From the IMG/VR virus record IMGVR_UViG_3300032177_000007: a DNA stretch of 64,000 bases; one strand, given 5' to 3'. Made by a program: the position numbers and the translations under genes. Below the pieces are notes generated by a model that saw nothing but the letters and a program-made list of their open reading frames with translations, ran no database searches and was not told where the DNA came from. This document shows positions 36,442 to 45,799 of the stretch, piece after piece (positions within the stretch are counted from its first letter, which is position 1; each line of letters starts with the position of its first letter). This stretch comes from an uncultured virus (IMG/VR IMGVR_UViG_3300032177_000007) (lineage: Duplodnaviria; Heunggongvirae; Uroviricota; Caudoviricetes).

Positions 36442-38669
36442 AGAAAGATCTCCGAAGCGTCTCTCATGAACAGGTGGGGGAGATGACTTTTTAAAAGATT
36501 AAAATGTATCTTAAAAGAAATCATCTCCCCTAGCATTGCGGAGAAACGATTAAAGTTTTCTCTAGAGATTACATAGCAAACATTATGACGCTTAACCTTT
36601 GGAGCAAACAGTTGAACGATTTGAGATACAGCGATATACAATCGATTTTCGTAGTCAGGTGGCAAATTAGAAGCAATGTATTCACCACCAAAAATCCAAT
36701 CCCAACCTTTAGTTATATGCTTAGAAACAAACTCTCTCAAGTAAGCTGTATCAATCGTTGTATCTTCGAACACTGGTCGCTTGATAACCTTCTCATATAT
36801 ACCCCATTTTCTCAATTCAACTGGATCCAAATCTTGTTGGGACTTCATCTGTTCATTAAACATATTGAATAACTTTGACACTAATTGAACTGCAGCATTT
36901 GGAATGGGATCAAGACTCAGCTTCTTATCTGGATAAATGTTACTATATATAAATTGGGTTAAGAGATCAGCCGTTCTTGAATCAGCTTTACGTTTCCGTG
37001 ATGATCGAGAGAGTAGATCGTCAAACGTTTTCGGAAGGTCTAAAGAGAATTGATCAAAGAATTTACTTTGGATAAAAGTAATGGCAAGCTGTTCTACTTC
37101 ATCCTGATATGCAGCGAGTGCACTGGGGCATTGATATATTTCACGAAACTCTCTGCTTGCCTCAGCCATAAGGCCTGTATCGAGACGATACTTTGTATTG
37201 ATGTAATTACAAAGAATATCTATACCAGGTTTGGCTTTTCCTTTTATTGGAGCCATGTGAAGTAGTGAAGCAGCAGCATATAAATCACGCACACTGTTTG
37301 GGATATGAGTGAATCTGGGATACATACTTTCTAGGAAAGCTCTGAATATGCTACTAAAGACATTGAGTTCTATCTTGTTAAAATTGAAATATTGAAGTGA
37401 AGGACTAGAGATGGAGAATCCTGTAAAGTCAGCAAAGCTATCATTATACACATAACGAATTTCATTGTTGGATGACACCCCAAAGAGAATGATCTTCTGC
37501 TTGTAAGTTTCAATATCTTTACACACCCAATGTTTAACTGCTTTTCCTTCGCTGATAGGCATAGCTTCCCATCCTTGAGGAATGCTGTCAATATTTGGAT
37601 TAGATATTCCAGGAGCCCAAAACCCATCAACTGCTTTTCGATACCAAGGACTTCTTCGAGCGGACAGTATTACAGAATATTCAGAAACATTTGAACGTAA
37701 ACGCCCTGCCTTTTGAACCACTGAAAAAATTCCATCATGTGCAGCCATTACAATGACACGTGTTGAAATACCATCTTGAACAGAGAACCCTGCACCTGAA
37801 ACACTGGTAGCAAAAACTATATCATACCCTGACCAGTCTAATGAATCAGGAACAGTGTCTTTCGACTTGTTGTTTAAAGAAAGAGTTCGTTTACCTTTCT
37901 GTGCGAAAAGAACAGCTAACTCTCCATTGATTCCGCAATTGTCATTAAACACTACGACACGCTGTTGATCCATAGAATCCGAAATCATCTTTATGAGGGA
38001 AGACAAAGGATTCAATGATGGATAAAGCTTTAATGTTTTCGTAGCTGGAGTTGATAACCGAACATGTTCAAAAAGGCCCCTCAAACGGTTAAGAGATTTC
38101 GGTGTCGGAGTTGCTGATAGGAGAATTGTAGGTATACCTTTGCTTGTACAAAGATTGATAACATTTCTCGTCTCATTATTCTGAAGGAAACGAAATAGGT
38201 TGTCGTTGTCGAGTAAGTGAAATTCATCAACGATAAGAAAGTCGACCTTAATATCTTTCATCAACAATTTCATAAAAACTTTGTGAGACTGCTCGAATAT
38301 AACTATATTAATACCTTGTCCATACCCTTTATGTTTTCTGTAGTATCGATAACAGCTGACACCAGCGTTTCTCAACAAATTATGATATTGTTCGCAAATG
38401 ATAGTGCGTGGACACGCGATGATTACAGTCTTCCCTTTCCTTGCACAATTAATAGCGTGATGTACAGCTTCAATCGTTTTCCCTGATCCCACGGGAGATG
38501 TAACAATTATATTACTTTGACAGGAACTGAAGATGATTTCCAATGAGGAAGGTCTTAGAAGAGAATCAACTTGACTGAAAGTGTTTAAGTTGGAAAGTTC
38601 CTTAATCCATTCTAAGCATTCCTGTTCCAGACGTTGCTCCTGAGGATCGATCTGAATTGCATTCTGCAT
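36351..38669 (-). CDS. SF2 helicase (origin-binding-protein-like)
   Basis: SPVGSGKT, PR, VDEFH, SAT, ATS..GAG.S, Q..GRLR; long unique C-terminus. Confidence 0.8.
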   Translation of the reverse strand: MQNAIQIDPQEQRLEQECLEWIKELSNLNTFSQVDSLLRPSSLEIIFSSCQSNIIVTSPVGSGKTIEAVHHAINCARKGKTVIIACPRTIICEQYHNLLRNAGVSCYRYYRKHKGYGQGINIVIFEQSHKVFMKLLMKDIKVDFLIVDEFHLLDNDNLFRFLQNNETRNVINLCTSKGIPTILLSATPTPKSLNRLRGLFEHVRLSTPATKTLKLYPSLNPLSSLIKMISDSMDQQRVVVFNDNCGINGELAVLFAQKGKRTLSLNNKSKDTVPDSLDWSGYDIVFATSVSGAGFSVQDGISTRVIVMAAHDGIFSVVQKAGRLRSNVSEYSVILSARRSPWYRKAVDGFWAPGISNPNIDSIPQGWEAMPISEGKAVKHWVCKDIETYKQKIILFGVSSNNEIRYVYNDSFADFTGFSISSPSLQYFNFNKIELNVFSSIFRAFLESMYPRFTHIPNSVRDLYAAASLLHMAPIKGKAKPGIDILCNYINTKYRLDTGLMAEASREFREIYQCPSALAAYQDEVEQLAITFIQSKFFDQFSLDLPKTFDDLLSRSSRKRKADSRTADLLTQFIYSNIYPDKKLSLDPIPNAAVQLVSKLFNMFNEQMKSQQDLDPVELRKWGIYEKVIKRPVFEDTTIDTAYLREFVSKHITKGWDWIFGGEYIASNLPPDYENRLYIAVSQIVQLFAPKVKRHNVCYVISRENFNRFSAMLGEMISFKIHFNLLKSHLPHLFMRDASEIFLCPILYSILKEEMDLMFQIRDSANSVAVNY

Positions 38670-38826
38670 AATAAGTTTCCCTCAAAACTGAAAGACGTTC
38701 ACATTTACCACAATGATAGCACTTGACGGTCCACCGATCTGCGGGATGTGCTAAGTGATAGCCACAATCACATACTATACACAAAAAGTTTCTTTGTGGA
38801 GTCCATCGAGCGCCAATTATATACAT
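38602..38826 (-). CDS. Small Zn-ribbon protein
   Basis: CDCG...CYHCG. Confidence 0.5.
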   Translation of the reverse strand: MYIIGARWTPQRNFLCIVCDCGYHLAHPADRWTVKCYHCGKCERLSVLRETYYAECNSDRSSGATSGTGMLRMD

Positions 38827-38861
38827 ATTATAAATGACCTTAATTTAAAAATCACGGGGCA
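38827..38861 (-). promoter_or_regulatory. Promoter-like TGCCCC-GTGATT-N17-TATAAT
   Basis: Same motif and spacing as the other three; overlaps the upstream gene end and abuts the next ATG. Confidence 0.55.
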
Positions 38862-39231
38862 AGCTATTCTGGCTAATTCGTCCTTCTGCTACGGCAACCG
38901 CGAGTTCTATTTTACTATAATCTCCACGCAAAGCCGCTCTACAAGCTTTATATAACTCGGGGGCAAATCTATAAATCAAATCAAGAGCTCTTTCATCTTC
39001 TATTTTATCTCTGAACTTATTGAACCTTTCCTCTCTTTGTTGCTCCATAACAGTTGGATCATGACGCTTACAAAACCACCTTCCATCGACTTGAACAATA
39101 CCTTTATTACAACAGAAGTGTCCAGACGATCGAATATAGTATTCACACAATCCTTCTCGTTTAGCCTTCACTAGAGCTTCTTGGTACTCGTTCATGTTTA
39201 TCCTCCACTTCGTATCCTCTTCCCGTTTCAT
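38845..39231 (-). CDS. Hypothetical phage protein
   Basis: C...C.....GRWFC.RH, APELY.AC motif. Confidence 0.6.
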   Translation of the reverse strand: MKREEDTKWRINMNEYQEALVKAKREGLCEYYIRSSGHFCCNKGIVQVDGRWFCKRHDPTVMEQQREERFNKFRDKIEDERALDLIYRFAPELYKACRAALRGDYSKIELAVAVAEGRISQNSLPRDF

Positions 39232-39576
39232 CTCCTAGCGTCTAGGAAGAGAGTAGTTTGCATTAGTAAGCCCTCTTTGTATCGACGCAAGGCTTGACGA
39301 ATGCGATCCTCTAAACGTAACTAATCAACCTCACCCTTCAGAGGTGATTTCAGATTCTTCAGAAAGTATTGTAACTCTTCGAAGTCATGTGTTTTTTTGT
39401 AAACTCAATCCACTTGCCCAATCAAGGATCTCAAGAATCTCTTTAACCTTACGATGAGATATGTCATCTTCCTATCCAATCACCAACAAAGAAGTGCTAA
39501 GCAAATACTAACTGCGTCTGGATGATCACGAAAAAAGATGAAACGGAAAAATCCTCGCATAGCACTTATCCCTTTT

Positions 39577-39777
39577 CTATATACGACATTTGATGATAAT
39601 AGATTGCAATGTCGCTACCTTTTCAGGCGACTCATCAAATTCGGACGCAACAGCGGTGGCAACGTCTTCTGGAATACCTTTCAGCTCATCATGAATATAC
39701 ACATTCTCTAGAGCGCTAACACACCATTCTTCGATTTCCTTCAGCTCTTCTGGTGTAAACTCTTCTGGTGTAAACAT
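39577..39777 (-). CDS. Small hypothetical protein with 15-bp tandem duplication (FTPEE x2)
   Basis: AAGGAGG RBS; tcttctggtgtaaac x2 at 39746-39775. Confidence 0.6.
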   Translation of the reverse strand: MFTPEEFTPEELKEIEEWCVSALENVYIHDELKGIPEDVATAVASEFDESPEKVATLQSIIIKCRI

Positions 39778-39789
39778 ATCAGCCTCCTT

Positions 39790-40011
39790 TCAAGCGACTG
39801 GAACTTCACCTATTAACTTGAAATGAAGAATCTTATACGGTTTACCTTGAGACATTCTTTTCGCATAAGGAATCAATGAGCTGACTCTTTCAATATCAGC
39901 GCCTACTAAAGGCATCCATCCTTGTTGAGGAGTATGAAAAGCCATTACACCTTCATCTCCTTTTTCATCCTCAGCGATAAACGCAAACATTTCAGTTACT
40001 TTTGTAGCCAT
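39790..40011 (-). CDS. Small hypothetical phage protein
   Basis: AF...D..G.EGV......WMPLVGAD..R pattern. Confidence 0.6.
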   Translation of the reverse strand: MATKVTEMFAFIAEDEKGDEGVMAFHTPQQGWMPLVGADIERVSSLIPYAKRMSQGKPYKILHFKLIGEVPVA

Positions 40012-40124
40012 TCGAGATCTTCCTCTAAACCACTTGTTAATCGTGCAACAATTAACAATCTAATTCCTCCTAACGCAATATCAAGTTTCCTTATAATAAG
40101 GACATTCATATATCACTAAATCTT

Positions 40125-40754
40125 TCATCTTGATGGATCAAATTCTCCTTCAGTCGAAACTTTGCCTCCCTGCCAATTACCAACGTAAGGATTGCTCTTC
40201 CCCTGAATGATATAAAACTCTATTGAAACGATACGAAATCCTCTCTGAATAATTAAAGAAGTGTTTGTAAGGTTCTTTAGCCCTATTGTTAGAGTACCAA
40301 AGTAATTGGGGTTAATATCAGAACACAAAACCTGAAGACCTGAACGAAAGCATGTTGTTCGTGAAACCAATCTTCCTAACAGATAAAGAGGTAAGTTAAC
40401 AGACTCGATTGTTGATGCCAAATAGTACCTTTCGGGCTCCAGAATATATAAATCTGAAACGTCTCCAATTGTTCTTGTCTTGAGTGGATCATACTTCCCA
40501 GTGTTGCGGGAATTGATTAACAGACGCCGATACTTGGTTGGTTCATGCAAGAAGACTCCTCCAAGACGCAAATCAAATGACGCGCCCTCAATAATAGCAT
40601 TCTCGTCAATGCTATTTATGAGAGGATATAAATGTAAACCTTTCTCGTTATCACCAAGCTTAAGATCTTTTTCCTCTTGCGTTCCATCGATTTTGAATCG
40701 TGCAGGAACACCTTCACTGATAAGTCTTGCAATCTCATGTCCACCCAATAACAT
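40125..40754 (-). CDS. dCTP deaminase / trimeric dUTPase-fold protein
   Basis: ASFDLRLG, T.E.V.LP, RTT..R.GL, INPNYFG.LT, Y.G.WQ. Confidence 0.8.
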   Translation of the reverse strand: MLLGGHEIARLISEGVPARFKIDGTQEEKDLKLGDNEKGLHLYPLINSIDENAIIEGASFDLRLGGVFLHEPTKYRRLLINSRNTGKYDPLKTRTIGDVSDLYILEPERYYLASTIESVNLPLYLLGRLVSRTTCFRSGLQVLCSDINPNYFGTLTIGLKNLTNTSLIIQRGFRIVSIEFYIIQGKSNPYVGNWQGGKVSTEGEFDPSR

Positions 40755-41937
40755 GTTTTCCTCCTCCTGTCATTGTAACTAAGTAATCATTTGACTCCTG
40801 CGCATCACCCCATGCATTGCCTTTAGTAATCTTTAATTTCAATACTTGATCGTCACAATTAAAGACAGGTTGTATTCTATTCAATGAGATTGTTATAGGA
40901 ATGGGTATTAAAGCACAATCAACCCAAAGATAAGCAAACCCTTGATATCTTTTATCGATATATTGTAATTGAGATATCCTTTGATGTAGCCCTTTTATAT
41001 AGCGAGCGAAGTAAGCTACAAATGAATCTCTAACGTAAGTAGACAAAATCTTCCTTCTGAAAACCTCAAAATCTTCCTCTTGCTTAAAGTTATTAACCCA
41101 AACTAAAGCTAAACCATTCGAAAGTTCTAAATCGTGACTGGTTAACTTAACCTTCATCCAAACTTGTTCTAAATGTTCCTGAACGTCAGGGAATAACTCC
41201 CAAAATGACTGCACTGTATCTTTGGCGTGATCAACAGTCATCCTAAGAAGTGTTTGTGCTACCTTATATGTACCTCCACAAATCATAGCCATCGAAAACT
41301 GCTTTACTAAATCTCGTGGAGCATTTATCCCTAACTCATGTTGAATGTAATTGTAAATATCTTTTGATTCATATAAGGGGTAATACTTATCAAAGTTAAC
41401 ACACATAAGAAGGTGTGCAAACTCAGCAGTTACCACATCGAAATAAACAAACATGTATTTTTCTGGTTCAGGGAAAAAAGCTTTTCTAACCCACATAGGG
41501 CAATACTTAATTGGAATAGGTGAATATCGAATGTTGGAACTTCGACTTTTCGTCTTGAATACAACCGAGCATGCACTCTTAGAAACAATAGATAAAACTT
41601 TTTCATCTACCAAAGAGACTTGTTCAACTCTATTCTTCAGTTTTCGATAACAGCCGGCACTTGAATCAGCGAAATCTGTATCTAAAAACAATGTGTCATA
41701 CTTCTTCCCAGACTCTCCACCAAACAAATCAATATTATTAACTTTAGCATACAAGTCAATATGCTCTATCAATCTTGTAGGATCTTCACTTGGTTTGACG
41801 CATAACCGTTCAGCCCGACGAGCAAGGAGTTTCATCTCTGTATGTCGATATTTTCTTAAAAGAGGAACATCAAGACGAACTTTCACAAACTTGACATTAG
41901 AGCAACACTTTAAAATGTAACCGTACAAGTTCTCCAT
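40735..41937 (-). CDS. Short divergent family A polymerase-like protein (no exonuclease)
   Basis: RKAF.P....FVYFDVVTAE (motif A), DIY, RDLVKQFSMAMICG (motif B), LWVDCAL (motif C). Confidence 0.65.
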   Translation of the reverse strand: MENLYGYILKCCSNVKFVKVRLDVPLLRKYRHTEMKLLARRAERLCVKPSEDPTRLIEHIDLYAKVNNIDLFGGESGKKYDTLFLDTDFADSSAGCYRKLKNRVEQVSLVDEKVLSIVSKSACSVVFKTKSRSSNIRYSPIPIKYCPMWVRKAFFPEPEKYMFVYFDVVTAEFAHLLMCVNFDKYYPLYESKDIYNYIQHELGINAPRDLVKQFSMAMICGGTYKVAQTLLRMTVDHAKDTVQSFWELFPDVQEHLEQVWMKVKLTSHDLELSNGLALVWVNNFKQEEDFEVFRRKILSTYVRDSFVAYFARYIKGLHQRISQLQYIDKRYQGFAYLWVDCALIPIPITISLNRIQPVFNCDDQVLKLKITKGNAWGDAQESNDYLVTMTGGGKHVIGWT

Positions 41938-43343
41938 TAATACTGTCTCCCCGGTTGTAAACCTTCCACCTTATAACCTTCACTAATACAAGCCTTCAGT
42001 CGTTGCTTCGCATGATCTTTAGTTTTCTGACTGAATCCATCTAAAAAGTCAAATACTAAAAGTACCTTCTTGCCTTCATCTAAGCGTTGACCTCTTCCTA
42101 TTCGTTGTAATAACGCACGCTCAGAGCGCTCTCCAGCAGCAAGAATTGCAGCACCAATTCTATGTATATCTATACCTTCATCGTACAATGTAGTTGTGAT
42201 TAAACACTTTATTATACCATTCTCAAAGTCTTTCTTCTTCTGATATCGTTCTGGATCCTTTCCGTGAACTATATCTACTTTACGTGACACATCTGCAAGA
42301 GGAACACCTTTATGAATTAATCCCTGACGAATTATTTCCAACAGGTTTTCCTGATGAATAATCTCTTTAGCTAATATTAATGTACTAATATTTGACTCAA
42401 GAAGTACTATTGCAATGTCACCAATCAATTTGTTACGTTCAGGGTTATTAACAATCATATCCTTATAAAAGATATGGTATGGCTCTATAGCAGGAATAAT
42501 ACCAGTATACTTACAATTATGAATAGAATACACAGTTACAGGAGTAATGTATTTATCTGCAACTGCATCAACATATCGATACTCATGTATGATGGGGCCG
42601 ATTAAGCCCATATGAACTATGCTATCACCTGCTTCCCGTTTAGGAGTTCCTGTTAACCCAAATCTGAAATAGGCATTATCAGCATGAGCCAAAACGTTTA
42701 CATATCTAGAGCCCCACCCTGTATGATGTGATTCATCTACAAGGATTGAGTCATAATGCATGATATCAAATTCTTTACGAGCCATCCTAGGCTCTATAGA
42801 TTCAATCATTCCTAAACACACACGTCTGTTTTTATAATCTTCAACACCCGATCCAATTGCATCAAATTCTTCACCTAATGTATCTTCAAGGCGTTCCTGA
42901 AATTGCTTAAAAACTTCTCGTATATGTACCAAAATTAAATGGTTAACAGGAACAGCTTGAACCCAAGAGGCTGCAAGATATGTTTTGCCTGTTGCTGTAG
43001 TGTGACGAATAATACCTCGTTCACGATCGAGCATTTTCTGAAATGCTGTCTTTTGAAATGGGCGTAGCCAATCTGGAGGATTTATCTTAGTTTTGTCAAT
43101 ATCAGGCTTTTTTCTAGCGTCAACAATTCGACATGGATACTGCTGAATGAGTAAAGGCAGGGCGCCTGTAAAGAAGCACTTCCATTGAGGGAAATAAATC
43201 GACTTACGTTTCACGGGAAGGTTGGGGAGTCTTCGCATCAAGTAAAGATCATTGCGGAGGAAAAAGTTGAAGATCTTGAGCAGATGTATTGGGATATCAC
43301 CTTCTTTTGCGAAAGTGAATGTATTATTAACCTCTAAGTACAT
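41937..43343 (-). CDS. UvsW-like SF2 helicase
   Basis: LRPFQ, TATGKT, VDESHH, TGTP, EGIDI, QRIGRGQR. Confidence 0.88.
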   Translation of the reverse strand: MYLEVNNTFTFAKEGDIPIHLLKIFNFFLRNDLYLMRRLPNLPVKRKSIYFPQWKCFFTGALPLLIQQYPCRIVDARKKPDIDKTKINPPDWLRPFQKTAFQKMLDRERGIIRHTTATGKTYLAASWVQAVPVNHLILVHIREVFKQFQERLEDTLGEEFDAIGSGVEDYKNRRVCLGMIESIEPRMARKEFDIMHYDSILVDESHHTGWGSRYVNVLAHADNAYFRFGLTGTPKREAGDSIVHMGLIGPIIHEYRYVDAVADKYITPVTVYSIHNCKYTGIIPAIEPYHIFYKDMIVNNPERNKLIGDIAIVLLESNISTLILAKEIIHQENLLEIIRQGLIHKGVPLADVSRKVDIVHGKDPERYQKKKDFENGIIKCLITTTLYDEGIDIHRIGAAILAAGERSERALLQRIGRGQRLDEGKKVLLVFDFLDGFSQKTKDHAKQRLKACISEGYKVEGLQPGRQY

Positions 43344-43397
43344 ACAGGTTAACCTTTATTTGGGGCACAATTAAGCTATTTTTATTTCTTTGATTAT

Positions 43398-43432
43398 ATT
43401 ATATAATATTTTTTAGAACTTTAAAAGGGGCA
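43398..43432 (-). promoter_or_regulatory. Promoter TGCCCC-TTTTAA-N17-TATAAT at the head of the replication region
   Basis: AT-rich intergenic region; same motif and spacing. Confidence 0.65.
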
Positions 43433-43440
43433 TTAAAAAA

Positions 43441-44436
43441 TCATTTTAGTTGCACTAAAGCTCTTATTAAGCAACCTTCAGCAACAGCATTCAGAGGATC
43501 TTTTGCTTGTCTAACCTCTGACAGTTTGAACGGAAGCTTGCTTCGATAGGAATCCAAGAGTTGATTGAAAAGCGTCATGAATCCCTGAGCTAAAGATGTT
43601 CCTCCTGAAACCACCAAAGGGATCTCATCAGGTAAATTAAGCTTCTCTGTTCTTCTTACTAATTCCTTCATAATTGTATTCAATGTATATCTAATGAGTT
43701 CAGCATAGTAATAAACAACAGCCTCTCGAATCCTTCGTTCACGTTTCTCACCCTGCTCAAAATTTGATAGATCTATATGTCTTTCTTTAAGAGAAGTGAT
43801 TCTACTTGGTATTGTACCAGTAGCATTCGCTGCATTCTCATCAATCCAATCTCCTCCACGAACAACACAAAAATCAAATACAGGAATAGCCTTATATGTG
43901 ATAGCAACGTTTGTAGCGCCCGCGCCAAAAGAGATTCCTATACCATTAAAATTATCACACTCCGAAAGAACGATAGCAGCAGCCTCATTTAAAGGGATAG
44001 GATTATATCCTAAGCTCTTAACGATACGCTCTAAAACTTTTCTATGATAAAGGACGTTTGCTTCTAAATCAATGGGGTTACCAGGAACAGAAAAACAACA
44101 AGGAAAGTTGCCCTCACAAGTTCCAATTAACCGTTTAATCATTGTGGAAAGAACATCGAGTGAGTTAATCTCTGTAGGATTAATGAACCCATGTACCATA
44201 GGGCGATCTACGCGGTGCCCTAAAATAGAAGGCAAACTATAAGCATCCTCAGATAAGATGAACAATTCATTATCTATAATAGCATGAGATATTTTAGATA
44301 AATCCAAAGACATTGGATCATCCACTCGAAGAAACATGTTTCTCAACTTAGAAAATGTGATCTGACCATCGCCGGATTTCTCTGCACTTACCAGAAACAT
44401 AGTTCCAATATCTAAACCGATAGGTTGCTCTTTCAT
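43441..44436 (-). CDS. Actin-fold ATPase, volactin-like
   Basis: GLDIGT, RPM..G, FSVP..PID, YH, P.NE, GISFGAG.TNV, RGGDWID, SGGTS, P...VA.G. Confidence 0.85.
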   Translation of the reverse strand: MKEQPIGLDIGTMFLVSAEKSGDGQITFSKLRNMFLRVDDPMSLDLSKISHAIIDNELFILSEDAYSLPSILGHRVDRPMVHGFINPTEINSLDVLSTMIKRLIGTCEGNFPCCFSVPGNPIDLEANVLYHRKVLERIVKSLGYNPIPLNEAAAIVLSECDNFNGIGISFGAGATNVAITYKAIPVFDFCVVRGGDWIDENAANATGTIPSRITSLKERHIDLSNFEQGEKRERRIREAVVYYYAELIRYTLNTIMKELVRRTEKLNLPDEIPLVVSGGTSLAQGFMTLFNQLLDSYRSKLPFKLSEVRQAKDPLNAVAEGCLIRALVQLK

Positions 44437-44459
44437 TAAGTTAACCTCTTAAATAAATG

Positions 44460-44744
44460 TTACTTTATCTCATTAGGCGACCCTTTAAATGAAACTTCGT
44501 ATACACCTTTTAATTGCGAAGTCCTTGAATCTACATCTTTTGTGGTAACTCCCTTTTGTAATTCAACATGAATATCAACGTTAGGAGCTTTTATCGATGG
44601 GACAAAGCTTTCAACCTTCTCGAGAGTTTTCTTCTCAATTACAGATACATGATGCATCTGTTTGATATTTACATTTATTTCCTCGAGCAGTTTATATATA
44701 CGCTCAAACAAGGCGGTGGCTGACTTAGGTCTCTTGAATATCAT
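44460..44744 (-). CDS. Small protein upstream of the actin gene (possible accessory)
   Basis: TAATG-coupled to the GT gene; helical N-terminus then FVPSI motif. Confidence 0.55.
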   Translation of the reverse strand: MIFKRPKSATALFERIYKLLEEINVNIKQMHHVSVIEKKTLEKVESFVPSIKAPNVDIHVELQKGVTTKDVDSRTSQLKGVYEVSFKGSPNEIK

Positions 44745-45799
44745 TACATTAAACCTCCAAAAAGGTTTAAATACTCTTTGCACATTTTTTCATAAGAGAA
44801 TTTTTCTGCACGATCTCGACATTTTGTTGGACTAATTTTTGGCATTCCTTGTTGAAGAGCTTCCACCAAGTGTTTTTCAGACTGAACAAAAACACCACAA
44901 TTACCAACAACTTCTGATACAGCACCACGGGCAAACCCAATAATAGAAGCGCCAGCAGCTAACGCTTCAACCAATGTTAAGCCAAAGGGTTCAGACCATC
45001 GAATCGGATTCAGAAAAGCTTTACATGTTTGGTATAAGTTTCGTTTGATATTACCATATACAACTCCATGATACTTTATATTATCATTGTCAATTTTGGG
45101 TTTCACTTTCTCTTCAAAGAATTCAGGAGAATGAATGAACCCTGCAATATCCAATTGTACACCTGCCTTAATACATGTATTAACAGCAATATCAAATCCT
45201 TTTTCAGGGACAACTCTTCCCATTGAAAAATATCTATTGCTTCTTGCTTTTGTGTGACTATATTGATGTATATTTATTCCATTATAGATTGTAGGAATCT
45301 TGGCAATACCAGAATTGATTGTACTCCCAACTTGCTTCTGAAAGTGACTTATGGATACAGGAGTTACTTTCTTATGTCTCATCACTTTTGAAATGTTTAA
45401 TATTGATTCTTTCTCATCGAAAAGAAGTGGAGGATCATGCCACGTCATTATTACTGGTTTCTTGACTTCTATCCATCGTGAGGACTGAGCGCAACCTGTT
45501 GCATGTAAATGTATTATATCAATCTCAGGATGATCTAAAACTGTATCAATCAAGAGATTATTAAATTGATCCCACTCAATGAAATTAGTTCGTAGAGGAT
45601 ATAAATTTCTTACATTACGAAACTGTGTGTAAGGAGAGTGACTTACTACATACACATCACAATCATGATTATATTCTCGAAAGCCCTGAACAAATAATGA
45701 AACCATAATTTCAACTGCTCCGGGTTGTACTGCATTTAAATGAATTCTTTCTTCAGGGACGACAGTACAACCCGGAGAAGGTACTTCTAAAATTCTCAT
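44744..45799 (-). CDS. GT4-family glycosyltransferase
   Basis: IIHLH, T.H, IYNGI, GRVVPEKG, WSEPFGL..VEALA.G. Confidence 0.9.
   Translation of the reverse strand: MRILEVPSPGCTVVPEERIHLNAVQPGAVEIMVSLFVQGFREYNHDCDVYVVSHSPYTQFRNVRNLYPLRTNFIEWDQFNNLLIDTVLDHPEIDIIHLHATGCAQSSRWIEVKKPVIMTWHDPPLLFDEKESILNISKVMRHKKVTPVSISHFQKQVGSTINSGIAKIPTIYNGINIHQYSHTKARSNRYFSMGRVVPEKGFDIAVNTCIKAGVQLDIAGFIHSPEFFEEKVKPKIDNDNIKYHGVVYGNIKRNLYQTCKAFLNPIRWSEPFGLTLVEALAAGASIIGFARGAVSEVVGNCGVFVQSEKHLVEALQQGMPKISPTKCRDRAEKFSYEKMCKEYLNLFGGLM

Noticed and set aside
39746..39775. 15-bp tandem duplication as a regulatory repeat
   Set aside because: Only two in-frame copies inside a small ORF; simple slippage.
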